A stretch of DNA of 64,000 bases, taken from contig CAZLJY010000003.1 in assembly GCA_964559945.1 (NCBI GenBank), positions 5,209 through 69,208 on the forward strand. Reading direction: 5' to 3'. This document shows, in pieces, positions 39,212-50,147 of the stretch (its first letter is position 1; every line of letters starts with the position of its first letter). The notes below the pieces were generated by a model. That model saw only the letters and a program-made list of their open reading frames with translations. It was not told the origin of the DNA and searched no databases. The translations under genes and the position numbers were made by a program. The DNA is from an uncultured Gammaproteobacteria bacterium. GTDB taxonomy: Bacteria; Pseudomonadota; Gammaproteobacteria; Xanthomonadales; SZUA-38.

Positions 39212-40183
39212 ATGACTCGATATTCAACAACCCCTCTTGCAGCAACCATCACCTGTGTGTTGGCACTTAGCGGGTGCGCAAGTTTGCCACCGACTCATTC
39301 AACCTCTATAGGGTCCGAATTTCGCGATTGTGATACCTGTCCAGTCATGAAGGCCTTACCTGCTGGCGAGTACCTCATGGGCTCAGCGGAGTCTGAAGAG
39401 GGGCGCTTGGACCACGAAGGACCACAGCATACGGTAACCATCCAACGGCCATTTGCGATTTCTAAATTCGAAGTTACGGTGGGACAGTATCGCGCCTTTA
39501 TTGCCGCCAGCGGTCATGATTCAGGAAACCATTGCACCGTATGGACGGGAAAGCGGCCTGGGGAAACGGTCCCGGGCAAGGGGTGGCAAGATCCCAATTT
39601 CCCACAGACCGATGCTGAACCCGTGGTCTGTATCAATTGGCGGGACGCCAAAGCTTATGTCGCCTGGCTAAGCCAACACACCGGCCAATCCTATCGACTG
39701 TTAACCGAGGCGGAGTGGGAATATGCCGCGCGCGGCGGCACGACAACGCGGTATTACTTTGGCGATGACGCGACACCCATTTGCGATTACGCCAATGTGC
39801 CCGATCAGTCAGCGAAAGCGGACATCGGCGACGAGGTTTGGAAGTATGCCGGCTGCGACGATGGCTATGGTTTTGCAACCGCCCCCGTAGGGTCGTTCAA
39901 ACCCAATCCATTCGGCCTGTATGACATGCACGGAAACGTCTGGGAATGGACCGAGGATTGCTACCACCCCAATTTCATCGACGCGCCCACCGATGGCTCT
40001 GCTTGGATCTCCGAGCCTTGTAAAGCGCACGTCGTCAAGGGTGCCAGCCTCAGTGCACCCATTCGCCATTCACGCTCAGCATCCCGTTATCTGGGCATCG
40101 TTGAAATTCCGGATGCACCGCCTGACGACGGCGAGTCTTATCACAACTTTAACCTTGGCCTGCGGATAGCAAGAGACTTATGA
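39212..40183 (+). CDS. Formylglycine-generating-enzyme (SUMF1/FGE) family lipoprotein
   Basis: Lipobox LALSGCAS, YRLLTEAEWEYAARGG and GLYDMHGNVWEWTEDCY. The caller's 38837 start overlaps the previous gene and is rejected. Confidence 0.85.
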   Translation: MTRYSTTPLAATITCVLALSGCASLPPTHSTSIGSEFRDCDTCPVMKALPAGEYLMGSAESEEGRLDHEGPQHTVTIQRPFAISKFEVTVGQYRAFIAASGHDSGNHCTVWTGKRPGETVPGKGWQDPNFPQTDAEPVVCINWRDAKAYVAWLSQHTGQSYRLLTEAEWEYAARGGTTTRYYFGDDATPICDYANVPDQSAKADIGDEVWKYAGCDDGYGFATAPVGSFKPNPFGLYDMHGNVWEWTEDCYHPNFIDAPTDGSAWISEPCKAHVVKGASLSAPIRHSRSASRYLGIVEIPDAPPDDGESYHNFNLGLRIARDL

Positions 40184-40222
40184 ATCACCGGTGCTAGTCC
40201 GGTCCATTACCCAGTTAAAACC

Positions 40223-40258
40223 AAAAAAAAAACCGCACCCCCAATATAAGGGGTGCGG
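40223..40258 (-). terminator. Rho-independent terminator for the minus-strand TonB-dependent receptor
   Basis: CCGCACCC-CCAATATAAG-GGGTGCGG stem-loop at 40233-40258. On the minus strand it is followed by a T10 run (A10 on plus at 40223-40232). Confidence 0.8.
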
Positions 40259-40273
40259 CTTCTAATACCGTAT

Positions 40274-40297
40274 ATGAATGACCCTAGGGTCATTCAT
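40274..40297. repeat. Perfect 24-bp palindrome ATGAATGACCCTAGGGTCATTCAT
   Basis: Read directly. It is self-complementary over all 24 nt and centred on CCTAGG. It lies 13 nt beyond the TBDR stop codon and upstream of the terminator. Confidence 0.95.
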
Positions 40298-40310
40298 GAA
40301 TTTCCTAACT

Positions 40311-42722
40311 TTAGAATTCAGCTCTTAAGCGAACACCCCATTCAGCACCACGAACAGGTGTAGCGAATATCTTACGGTCAATACCGTCAGACGTTGTTCC
40401 ACCATTGGTGCCCAAGTTTCTGTTGTCGGTGATGTTGATGCCGAAAAGCTCTGCACTAAAGATATCGTTGATTTGAACGCCAGCACGCAGGTTCAATCTC
40501 GTCGCCGCATCCACTTCGTTAAATTCCGCATTATCGATAAAGAACGAACCGGTATAGATCGCGTCCAATCGCACGTAGGCATCACGACCCAAAAGATTCG
40601 TTAGGTCAAAGTCAGCGGACAGACTGCCTTCGGTCTCAGGAATGTAGCGGGGACGATTTCCACTAGCATCGATTTGAGTACCGCCGGTGATCAGTCCCGG
40701 GGCAAGAACGGCACCGGCGATAGACCCTGCCAAACCGAACGAAGTCAACTCAGCATCGACATATGTAAAGCCACCGGACAACACGATTGAATCGTTAACG
40801 TTGAATACACCTTCAAGCTCTATGCCTGTGTACTCGGAATCACCCGGCAAGAAAACCGAAGCAAAAATCGGCGCTGGCGAAAGATCGAAGAACACCTGAT
40901 TGTCCCAATCCATGTTGTAGACGGCTGCGGCGTAAGAGAATCGATCATTAACCCGTTGCTTAATACCCAACTCAAAAGCGAGCAGTTCCTGCACTGGGGT
41001 AAAAAATCCTACCGTCGAAGCATCGATACCGCCTTCGGGTACAAACGCAGCATAAGCCTCTGCGCCCGTAGGATTGCCCTGCAGAAAGCTCTTAGACACA
41101 CTACCGTAGATATTCATGTCCAAGTCCGCAGGCTGGTAACTCAAAATCAGCCGCGGCATGAAGTCGTCGTATTGCTGCTCACGTCGATCAGCAGGCACAT
41201 TCTGGGGGCCATTGCGCAGCTGAGTCTGCGTGTCATCATGCCATCGGCCTTCAACGGACAGGGTTAGCTGATCGGTAAGGTCGTAGTCGATCGAGCCGAA
41301 AACACCAAAGTTTTCACCTTCCTCAAAAATCAGATTAGGAATGGGACCAAAACTGAACTGGGTCAGGAATGTGTCTTGTTGGAAATAACTCAGACCCACC
41401 GAATATCGAAAACGATCGGAGGATATCGGTGAAGTCAGGCGAATCTCCGCAGATTTATCTTCTGCATTGGACACAAAGCCGGTGTAGAAAATGTCACCGA
41501 AGCCCGGAGAACCATAGTTCTGATCAAAAATACCCCAAAACTCGCTATCGCCCATGGAATAGAACGCTTTCAAGTTGTGACCGCTGGCCAACTCGGCATC
41601 GATTGACAGGTGATGACGGGACACTTCATAGGTATTACCCAGACCGTCCGGCGGACTGAGAACACTGCCCATCTCAACCGGCGCGGTTCGTGGGTAGTCG
41701 AAGCCCCCTAAACCGAAGAAACCCACGTTAGCACCCTCAGGTGGTCGTTGACCGAAGAATGACGGGTTGATGTTTTCATCGGTCCACTCGGGAACCGAGC
41801 CGCAGAATGTGGCTCGAGTCGACTGGGACAAGTCAGTTTCGAAGGAACCGACAATCGCACCGGTGCCAACTTGACGCAAATTGCCACTGAAGGTGCGGTT
41901 ACACTCGCCAGCGGGTGTGGTTGCGCTGATGGACTGAAGCACCGAGGTGTCCTCAGAGTCAACATAAAAACCCGAATACTTGAGGGTCACATTTTCTGTG
42001 GCATCAAACTCCAAAGACCCCTGTATCGCATTTGTTTGCTCATCGCCTTGGGTTTGACCGTCACGAAACTCATATTGCCCGGGCCGATCTTCGCTAGAAA
42101 GTGTTACCCGTCCGCGAAATCGATCACCCAGCGGGCCGCTAACGGTGGCTGAAATATTGTAGCCTTCATCGGCGTCCGTTCTTGTTCCGGCAGCATTGAT
42201 GATGAACTCCAGCTCCTCGGAAGCCTTGCCTGGAATAAAGTTAACCGCGCCGGCAAAGGTATTGCGTCCAAAAAACGCCGTTTGAGGGCCTTTAATGACT
42301 TCCGTTTGGGAAAGATCGATGAGAGGCAGTACACCTACACCGTCCGCTATGTAAGCACCATCCCAGAACAGCGCACCAGCGCGGGACGCGGCGCTTCCGA
42401 CCTGGACACCAATGCCTCGAAATCGAATGGACGGATTGGTTCGACCGCTAAAGCCGCCTTGACCAGTGGTCTCAAAGGTGAAGCCCGGGACGAAATCGCC
42501 CAGTGTTTCAGCCGTATTGATGCCACGAGCGTCTAGATCGGCCTGTGAAAAGGCCGCAACAGACACCGGAATTTCCAACTGTGTCTCATCACGCTTTCGA
42601 GCCGTGACGTAGATGACATCCAAAATGTCATCATTTGAATCGCTTTGCGCTATTGCGCTCTGCGGACTTGCTAGCGCCAGCGCCAATGCGCTCATGCCAC
42701 CGATTGCCGAAACTGTTTTCAT
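40311..42722 (-). CDS. TonB-dependent outer-membrane receptor
   Basis: Signal peptide MKTVSAIGGMSALALALASPQSAIAQ and a TonB-box-like DVIYVTA. Plug motifs (EVIKGPQTAFFGRNTFAGAVNFI) and a C-terminal ...GVRLRAEF. ATG 42722; the caller's 42845 start is a 5' extension. Confidence 0.9.
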   Translation of the reverse strand: MKTVSAIGGMSALALALASPQSAIAQSDSNDDILDVIYVTARKRDETQLEIPVSVAAFSQADLDARGINTAETLGDFVPGFTFETTGQGGFSGRTNPSIRFRGIGVQVGSAASRAGALFWDGAYIADGVGVLPLIDLSQTEVIKGPQTAFFGRNTFAGAVNFIPGKASEELEFIINAAGTRTDADEGYNISATVSGPLGDRFRGRVTLSSEDRPGQYEFRDGQTQGDEQTNAIQGSLEFDATENVTLKYSGFYVDSEDTSVLQSISATTPAGECNRTFSGNLRQVGTGAIVGSFETDLSQSTRATFCGSVPEWTDENINPSFFGQRPPEGANVGFFGLGGFDYPRTAPVEMGSVLSPPDGLGNTYEVSRHHLSIDAELASGHNLKAFYSMGDSEFWGIFDQNYGSPGFGDIFYTGFVSNAEDKSAEIRLTSPISSDRFRYSVGLSYFQQDTFLTQFSFGPIPNLIFEEGENFGVFGSIDYDLTDQLTLSVEGRWHDDTQTQLRNGPQNVPADRREQQYDDFMPRLILSYQPADLDMNIYGSVSKSFLQGNPTGAEAYAAFVPEGGIDASTVGFFTPVQELLAFELGIKQRVNDRFSYAAAVYNMDWDNQVFFDLSPAPIFASVFLPGDSEYTGIELEGVFNVNDSIVLSGGFTYVDAELTSFGLAGSIAGAVLAPGLITGGTQIDASGNRPRYIPETEGSLSADFDLTNLLGRDAYVRLDAIYTGSFFIDNAEFNEVDAATRLNLRAGVQINDIFSAELFGINITDNRNLGTNGGTTSDGIDRKIFATPVRGAEWGVRLRAEF

Positions 42723-42976
42723 ACCCACCTGAGCTTCTCCCCGCATTAATATGATTGGAATATTAAGACAAACTTTTAGCACTATTCGGACGCCCAGTGC
42801 ATATGGATTTCCTATAGCTGCTATCGCGAAATGCGTAACGACCATTTATTTGCTTAGTCGTGCCTCTGATCATACCAATAACGGCGAGACAATATCGGGA
42901 CAAAATCGTGACATTTGGTTACCGTTACACGATCAATAAAGGCATAGCCCAGGTCGAATTTATCCAGGTTCAGAGG

Positions 42977-44782
42977 TCAAATCGGTGACCCGCCAGACTC
43001 CGCATCGCCGGCGCGCTCACGAAAGGCAGTAAACAGCTCTCGACCCATGCCAAAAACGTCATCGCAATCCACGATTGCCGGCTCCCGCTCATCGAGCTGA
43101 GCCTGATCCAGAAAAACCTCAAGCACACCGTTTTCGCCGTCCAAACGAACCACATCACCATCGCGCAATCGGCCAATGTTTCCCTCACAAATCGCTTCTG
43201 GGTGAACATGAATCGCTGCTGGGACTTTTCCTGACGCACCGGACATCCGCCCGTCAGTCACCAAGGCCACCTTGAAACCTCGGTCCTGGAGCACCCCGAG
43301 CACGGGGGTTAACTTATGCAATTCGGGCATACCGTTTGCTCGGGGGCCCTGATGGGTCACGACAACGATCACATCACGCTCAAGCTCTCCGGCCTCAAAC
43401 GCGCCAACCACCTGGGACTGATCTTGAAATACTCTAACTGGCGCCTCAACCACTCGATGCTCCGGTTTCACTGCCGATACTTTGATGGCACCGCGCCCCA
43501 GATTCCCTCGCAGCACTACCATGCCGCCGCTGGTATCAAACGGGTCGTTACAACCACGCAATATTTCCAGGTCATGGCTGGCACTGGCACCGTCTTTCCA
43601 GACCACTCCACCATCGACCAGAAACGCTTCCTGGCGATAACGATCAAGCCCAGTGCCGGCGACGGTCTCCACGTCCCCGTGGAGCAAACCTGCGTCTAAC
43701 AACTCGCCAATCATAAATTGGACACCACCGGCAGCATGGAAGTGGTTCACATCAGCCTGACCGTTGGGATACACCCTGGCCAGCAATGGCACCGCGGCGG
43801 ACAGGGCGTCAAAATCGTCCCAATCAATCACTATGCCGGCTGCCTTGCCGATGGCAACCAGATGAATCAAATGATTGGTGCTGCCGCCGGACGCCAGCAA
43901 TCCGACAATGGCGTTGATAAGGGATTTTTCACTCACCACATTGGCCAACATTTGGGGCTGCTCGCCATTGGCGCTGACAGTGACCGCGCGGGCAGTGGCA
44001 GCCCGGGTCAGCGCTTCGCGAAGCTCGGTTGCAGGGTTCACAAAGGACGACCCGGGCAACTGCAAGCCCATAAACTCCATCATCAGCTGATTGGTATTGG
44101 CGGTACCATAGAAAGTGCAAGTTCCGGCAGAGTGGTAAGACGCCGATTCCGATTTCAACAGCTCGTCCCGACCAATTTTCCCTTCCGCATAGAGCTGGCG
44201 CACCCGGGCTTTTTCCGCGTTAGGAATTCCACTGGGCATGGGTCCAGCCGGAATCAACATCAACGGTAGGTGACCAAAGGCCAGCGACCCAATCAGAAGC
44301 CCAGGGACAATTTTATCGCAGATACCCAAGGCCACGACTGCATCAAACATGTTGTGGCTTAACGACACCGCCGTTGCCATCGCAATGACGTCTCGGCTGA
44401 ACAGGGATAGCTCCATTCCCGGCTGACCCTGGGTGACACCATCGCACATGGCGGGCACGCCGCCCGCGACCTGAGCCACGCCGCCAGCCTGCCAGGCCGC
44501 CGACTTAATAATATCGGGGTAACGGCCATAGGGCTGATGGGCCGACAGCATGTCGTTGAAGGCGGTGATAATGCCGATATTAGAGCGCCTAACTGATGAT
44601 AGCGCCTGTTTCGCTGAGGTCTCCTCTGCGGCGATGCCGTGGGCCAAATTGCCGCAGGAAAGACTGCCACGACCACTGCCTTTGTCTGCTGCCAGCTGCA
44701 TCCGACGCAGATAGTCGGCACGGGTATCAGTGCTTCGTGTGCTAACGCGTTCAGTCACGCGTTCAAGGATTGGATTGATCAT
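42977..44782 (-). CDS. edd: Phosphogluconate dehydratase (Entner-Doudoroff)
   Basis: [13 protein letters not shown]...YLRRM N-terminus and IlvD/Edd family motifs ([29 protein letters not shown]). Confidence 0.93.
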   Translation of the reverse strand: MINPILERVTERVSTRSTDTRADYLRRMQLAADKGSGRGSLSCGNLAHGIAAEETSAKQALSSVRRSNIGIITAFNDMLSAHQPYGRYPDIIKSAAWQAGGVAQVAGGVPAMCDGVTQGQPGMELSLFSRDVIAMATAVSLSHNMFDAVVALGICDKIVPGLLIGSLAFGHLPLMLIPAGPMPSGIPNAEKARVRQLYAEGKIGRDELLKSESASYHSAGTCTFYGTANTNQLMMEFMGLQLPGSSFVNPATELREALTRAATARAVTVSANGEQPQMLANVVSEKSLINAIVGLLASGGSTNHLIHLVAIGKAAGIVIDWDDFDALSAAVPLLARVYPNGQADVNHFHAAGGVQFMIGELLDAGLLHGDVETVAGTGLDRYRQEAFLVDGGVVWKDGASASHDLEILRGCNDPFDTSGGMVVLRGNLGRGAIKVSAVKPEHRVVEAPVRVFQDQSQVVGAFEAGELERDVIVVVTHQGPRANGMPELHKLTPVLGVLQDRGFKVALVTDGRMSGASGKVPAAIHVHPEAICEGNIGRLRDGDVVRLDGENGVLEVFLDQAQLDEREPAIVDCDDVFGMGRELFTAFRERAGDAESGGSPI

Positions 44783-44811
44783 GGCTTCAGAACCTAGCTA
44801 TCAAGAGGTGT

Positions 44812-45477
44812 TTAGGCGGACCAGTAAACATCAACTGGCGCTCGTTGCTGATGGAGAATGGCCCGGACCGGGAACTGCTCCACCGGACCTGCTGTCATGG
44901 CCTGGTCAAATACCGCACGTTTGTCCTCGCCAAAAATCAGCAGACTGATTCGTTGGCTGTCTAGCAACTTGTCAGCAGTCAGGGTAATGCGCTGGTGCTG
45001 AGCTTCCGGCGGTGACATATCCATCAACGGCGCACGGCTCTGCAAGGCCTGGCCTAGCTGGGGGGCGGTAGGAAAAAGCGAGGCGGTATGGCCATCGGCC
45101 CCCATCCCCAATAGGGTATGGACGGTGGGTGACGGCAATTGGCGGAGTTGCCGCTCAGCACTTTCGCTTTGAAGGTCGAAAATATTGGCCAGTGCACCGC
45201 GATTGACCGCTAATTCCCGGCGAATCATGCCCAGATTGCTTGCCGGGTCTGTCGGTTGCACTTTTCGCTCATCGCTGGGCAGTACATGCACACGATCCCA
45301 AGCAAGCGGCGTTTTAGACAAGTAATCAAACACCTCCAGTGGTGAAGTGCCACCGCTGACGATCAGCGTCGCTGAATCATGGATGCCAAGATGTTGGTGC
45401 AGCTGGCGAGTAATGGACAGGGCCAAGGCTAAGCTTGCCTGAGTTCGGTTGGCGAAACTATGCAGACTAACGGGCAT
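44812..45477 (-). CDS. pgl: 6-phosphogluconolactonase
   Basis: ATLIVSGGTSP...VLPSDERKV...LGMGADGHTASLFP motifs. ATG 45477 overlaps the zwf end by 11 nt. The caller's 45630 start is a 5' extension. Confidence 0.88.
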   Translation of the reverse strand: MPVSLHSFANRTQASLALALSITRQLHQHLGIHDSATLIVSGGTSPLEVFDYLSKTPLAWDRVHVLPSDERKVQPTDPASNLGMIRRELAVNRGALANIFDLQSESAERQLRQLPSPTVHTLLGMGADGHTASLFPTAPQLGQALQSRAPLMDMSPPEAQHQRITLTADKLLDSQRISLLIFGEDKRAVFDQAMTAGPVEQFPVRAILHQQRAPVDVYWSA

Positions 45478-46951
45478 CAGGTTCACGCCAACTTCGTCCG
45501 TCCCTATCCAACAGCAACGAGGCATCCGACGGACCCCAGGTACCGGCGACATAGGGTGAAACCCGAGTGTCACTCTCCTTCCACCCATCACGAATTGCAT
45601 CAACCCAAGTCCAGGCGGCCTCCACTTCATCGCGCCGCATGAACAACGCAGGGTTGCCGCGAAGCACCTCCATCAACAGACGCTCATAGGCATCGGGATA
45701 GCGCGCCGAATAGGCTTCAGAGAAGCTCAAATTGAGCGGTAGAGAGCGCAGTTGAAATCCGCCGGGCCCTGGCTGCTTAGTTACCAAGCTTAAGGTCACG
45801 CCTTCATCGGGTTGCAGCCGAATGATGAGCCGATTGGCCTCTAACTCACCTGAGGCCTGGGGGAAAATACTGTGGGCCACCGGGCGAAACTGCAGCACAA
45901 TTTCCGAGAACTTATGGGCCAGTCTTTTACCGGTGCGCAGATATATAGGCGTGCCGCTCCAGCGCCAGTTGTCCACCTCAGCCTTGATTGCGACAAAGGT
46001 TTCCGTGACGCTGCTTTCACCTTCGGCCCCAAGCTCCTGAAGATATCCCGGAACTGCCTCACCGCTGATCGCGCCTGCGCCATACTGACCCCGGACTGTG
46101 ACCTGGCTGACGTTGCTGGCATCGATGGGACGCAACGAGCGCAGGACCCGCAGTTTTTCGTTGCGCAAATCGTCATGGTGCATGCTGATGGGAGGCTCCA
46201 TCGCCACCAGACACAGCAATTGCAACATATGGTTCTGGACCATATCTCGGAGTGCTCCAGTACCATTGTAAAAGCCTGCTCGATTGCCAACACCAAGACT
46301 TTCAGCCACCGTAATTTGAATATGATCCACGCACGTCCGTTGCCAAAGCGGCTCGAACAACGAGTTGGCAAATCTCAGAGCGGCCAAATTCTGCACCGTC
46401 TCTTTTCCCAGATAATGATCGATCCGGTAGACGTTGGCCTCAGCAAATACAGCGCCGACCCCATCGTTGATCTGGCGCGCTGTGGCCAAGTCTGTTCCCA
46501 CCGGTTTTTCCAGCACGATGCGAGATCGATCATCTTTTAGTCCGAACTCACCCAAACGCGCGGCGATGGCGGTGAATAGATTAGGTGCCGTTGCCAGATA
46601 AAACACCCGAATTCGCTCGCCACTGGCATCCAGAGTGTGGGCAAAGTCCTCCCACCCTTGGGCCGTCATGATGTCCAGTTGACTATGGTGGAGACGGCTG
46701 GAAAACCGCGCCCATACGGTCTCATCAAGCTGCCCTTCTGACAGGTGAGTTTCCAACGCTTCACGAACCAGGGAAACGAATTGTTGCTGATCAATTTGCG
46801 ACCGCGACACCGCGACAATGCGACTATCGTCAGTGAATTGCGCATCCTTATCTCGGTGATAAAGCGCCGGCAGAAGCTTGCGCTTGGCCAGATCCCCCGT
46901 GCCCCCAAAAATCACCAGATCAAACGGGTCTACCGGAACAAACTCAGCCAT
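45467..46951 (-). CDS. zwf: Glucose-6-phosphate 1-dehydrogenase
   Basis: FGGTGDLAKRKLLPALY, RIDHYLGKE and MVQNHMLQLL are G6PDH signatures. Confidence 0.96.
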   Translation of the reverse strand: MAEFVPVDPFDLVIFGGTGDLAKRKLLPALYHRDKDAQFTDDSRIVAVSRSQIDQQQFVSLVREALETHLSEGQLDETVWARFSSRLHHSQLDIMTAQGWEDFAHTLDASGERIRVFYLATAPNLFTAIAARLGEFGLKDDRSRIVLEKPVGTDLATARQINDGVGAVFAEANVYRIDHYLGKETVQNLAALRFANSLFEPLWQRTCVDHIQITVAESLGVGNRAGFYNGTGALRDMVQNHMLQLLCLVAMEPPISMHHDDLRNEKLRVLRSLRPIDASNVSQVTVRGQYGAGAISGEAVPGYLQELGAEGESSVTETFVAIKAEVDNWRWSGTPIYLRTGKRLAHKFSEIVLQFRPVAHSIFPQASGELEANRLIIRLQPDEGVTLSLVTKQPGPGGFQLRSLPLNLSFSEAYSARYPDAYERLLMEVLRGNPALFMRRDEVEAAWTWVDAIRDGWKESDTRVSPYVAGTWGPSDASLLLDRDGRSWREPDAR

Positions 46952-47055
46952 TGGCCAGGTCCCTGTTCAGGGCTAGGCTCAACGAGCGCTCGAGGTTTTT
47001 GTATATCCATGTTTGGGTCATAGTGATATCTCTTACTGTCCTTAAAGACTTAGGT

Positions 47056-48057
47056 TTATGAGTTCGAAAGAACCTCTTGATAACCGGCTGCCGCGCCTAG
47101 CAATCCTAGTTGGTCGAATCGGGCCAGCTGGACGGGAATATCCGTCATGACGGATTGATAACGGCCTTTGGCACAAAATCGCCGGGAGAAATGAGAGTCA
47201 CGAAGGTAGCCGGCCAGTCGCTGAGTCAGCCCGCCAACTAAGACTACCCGGGATGCTCCGGTTGCCAATGCCAAATCGCCAGCCACCGATCCATAGCTCA
47301 TACAAAAGCGCTGCAATGCCTGGTCCAATAAATCGTCATTGCAATCCGAATCAAGGGCCTGCCGCCAAAGGGTTGGATCATCTAGCGGGGTAAATTCGCG
47401 TTGCTCAATGTGAGCAATACACTGGACCAAATTATTGAGGCCTGGACCGGAAACAATACGTTCAACCGATACCCGCTGGAACTGCTCGCGCAGGCGATTT
47501 AACACCGCCGCTTCAAACCTATCAAGGGGAGCGAAATCCACATGCCCGCCCTCGGTTTCTATCACTTGGAACTGACCACAGCCCCGACTCAGCATGGCCA
47601 CGCCCAGGCCCGTGCCAGGGCCAATCACTGTGGTGATTTCGCTTTTGGACTTAGCCGACCATTGAGGGCCGCAAACCGTCTCTAGCTCCTCTTCACCAAG
47701 CAATGCCACACCATGGGCCATGGCGCCGAAATCGTTCATCAAATAAACCGTCTTAAGGCCCAATTCGGCAGCCAGTGTGCACCGGTTCAAAACCCAATGG
47801 CTGTTGGTCGCCTGGAGGGTTTCGCCTCTGACCGGCCCAGCGAAACTGATCGACAGGGTATCGGGCACACTCGCATCAAGATTCTGCGTATAGGCTTTCC
47901 AAGCTGAAGAAAAACCACTGTAACTGGCGGTTTTTAGCACCACCGGCTGTCCAAGAACCGGCCGCCGCCCAGGCTCAACAGTGGCCTTCGCGAACCTCAC
48001 ATGAGTGCCACCGATATCCGCAGCGGTCAGCGTAACCGCTGATGTTGACTCAGCCAT
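47056..48057 (-). CDS. glk: Glucokinase
   Basis: AADIGGTHVRFA ATP-binding N-terminus, ...NDFGAMA..., GPGTGLG, and a ROK-less Glk-family length of 333 aa. Confidence 0.88.
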   Translation of the reverse strand: MAESTSAVTLTAADIGGTHVRFAKATVEPGRRPVLGQPVVLKTASYSGFSSAWKAYTQNLDASVPDTLSISFAGPVRGETLQATNSHWVLNRCTLAAELGLKTVYLMNDFGAMAHGVALLGEEELETVCGPQWSAKSKSEITTVIGPGTGLGVAMLSRGCGQFQVIETEGGHVDFAPLDRFEAAVLNRLREQFQRVSVERIVSGPGLNNLVQCIAHIEQREFTPLDDPTLWRQALDSDCNDDLLDQALQRFCMSYGSVAGDLALATGASRVVLVGGLTQRLAGYLRDSHFSRRFCAKGRYQSVMTDIPVQLARFDQLGLLGAAAGYQEVLSNS

Positions 48058-48955
48058 TAGAGTCGAAATCTACCGCTGCAGTGCGCCGTTTCGAGGCCTG
48101 CCAAAAGGTACCCAACAATCGGCCTTGAAGGCGGCTTTCGAGGGCAAACAATCCAATTTCGATATGTCCTAGTGGGGCGGCCAAGGGCAGCACTCGAACC
48201 TGCTGCGCAAGAGGACTGTTATCCAGCACAATTTGCGGCACCACACCCAGTCCCCGCCCCAGACTCACCATGCTGACAATGGCTTCGTTCCCCGCCACCT
48301 GGGCACCCACGGTTGGTGTGACCCGATGTTCCTTCATCCATCGGTCCACCCGGCTTCTGCCGACCCCCCGCTCCGGTAAAATCAGCGGCTGGTCTTCCAG
48401 CATCTTAGGCACAATGGCCTCATCACTGGAAATGTCTGCGGCGGAGCCGATGAGTTGCAACGCAGATTGAGAAATGGGTCGAAAAGCTAAGCCCGAAGGT
48501 AATCGCGAGGGCCGGACGCCGATCGCAATTTCTTCCTGCCCAGCCCGGACTCGATCCGGCGCCAGATCCGGATCTCCCGTCCTCAAACTGATTTTCACCC
48601 TTGGGTGATCGTCCAGGAAGTCAGTAAGTAAACGGTGCAAATAACTGTAGCTGGCGGTCACTGAACAATAGATACGAATTTCTCCGTCCAAAGAACTGGC
48701 GCCTTCGCGCAAATCCTGACGCACAGCATCCCACTGGGCGAGCGTCTCCTGAGCATACTGTTGGAATCGCTCTCCGGCAGGGGTAAGCACCACCCGTCGA
48801 TTGTTTCGCTCCATCAACTGGGCCCCCACAACTTCCTCAAGTTGCGCGATACTGCGGCTTAAGGTGGAGGGGCTGATATTCAATTCACTGGCCGCCCTAC
48901 CAAAATGCAGGGTACGAGCCAATGCCGAAAAACTGGTTAAGTGACGAAAATCCAT
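48050..48955 (-). CDS. ilvY: LysR-type transcriptional activator of ilvC
   Basis: It is divergent from ilvC. It shows strong motif-level resemblance to E. coli IlvY (SPSTLSRSI..LEE, NRRVVLTPAGE, IYCSVTASYSYL, GNEAIVSMVSLGRGLGVVPQIVLDNSP). Its stop overlaps the glk start by 8 nt. Confidence 0.85.
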   Translation of the reverse strand: MDFRHLTSFSALARTLHFGRAASELNISPSTLSRSIAQLEEVVGAQLMERNNRRVVLTPAGERFQQYAQETLAQWDAVRQDLREGASSLDGEIRIYCSVTASYSYLHRLLTDFLDDHPRVKISLRTGDPDLAPDRVRAGQEEIAIGVRPSRLPSGLAFRPISQSALQLIGSAADISSDEAIVPKMLEDQPLILPERGVGRSRVDRWMKEHRVTPTVGAQVAGNEAIVSMVSLGRGLGVVPQIVLDNSPLAQQVRVLPLAAPLGHIEIGLFALESRLQGRLLGTFWQASKRRTAAVDFDSNG

Positions 48956-48983
48956 TGTTGCTCAATTTGGCATATTACGATGA

Positions 48984-49002
48984 TTATATTTCATTTTTAT
49001 AA
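48984..49002. promoter_or_regulatory. Candidate LysR/IlvY operator in the ilvY-ilvC divergent region
   Basis: TTATA-N9-TATAA dyad (TTATATTTCATTTTTATAA) in the AT-rich 101-bp intergenic region. It is compatible with the generic LysR T-N11-A box. No experimental support. Confidence 0.35.
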
Positions 49003-49020
49003 CTAATGTGAGTACCGTAA

Positions 49021-50082
<1,062 letters not shown>

Positions 50083-50086
50083 AAAA

Positions 50087-50122
50087 CTGGCCGGGTCACC
50101 CATCCATGGGCGACCCGGCCAG
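50087..50122 (+). terminator. Stem-loop terminator after ilvC
   Basis: CTGGCCGGGTC-N14-GACCCGGCCAG: an 11-bp perfect stem. The downstream T-tract is weak (CGTTCTTCC). Confidence 0.6.
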
Positions 50123-50147
50123 CGTTCTTCCGTGATCGGTAAAGCGG

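Noticed and set aside
42723-42976. Riboswitch (e.g. cobalamin) or strong operator in the 254-nt leader of the TonB-dependent receptor, including the inverted repeat ATCGTG-N17-CACGAT at 42905-42933.
   Set aside because: I could not recognise a B12-box-like or other riboswitch core sequence. The inverted repeat has only 6-bp arms, which is within chance expectation.
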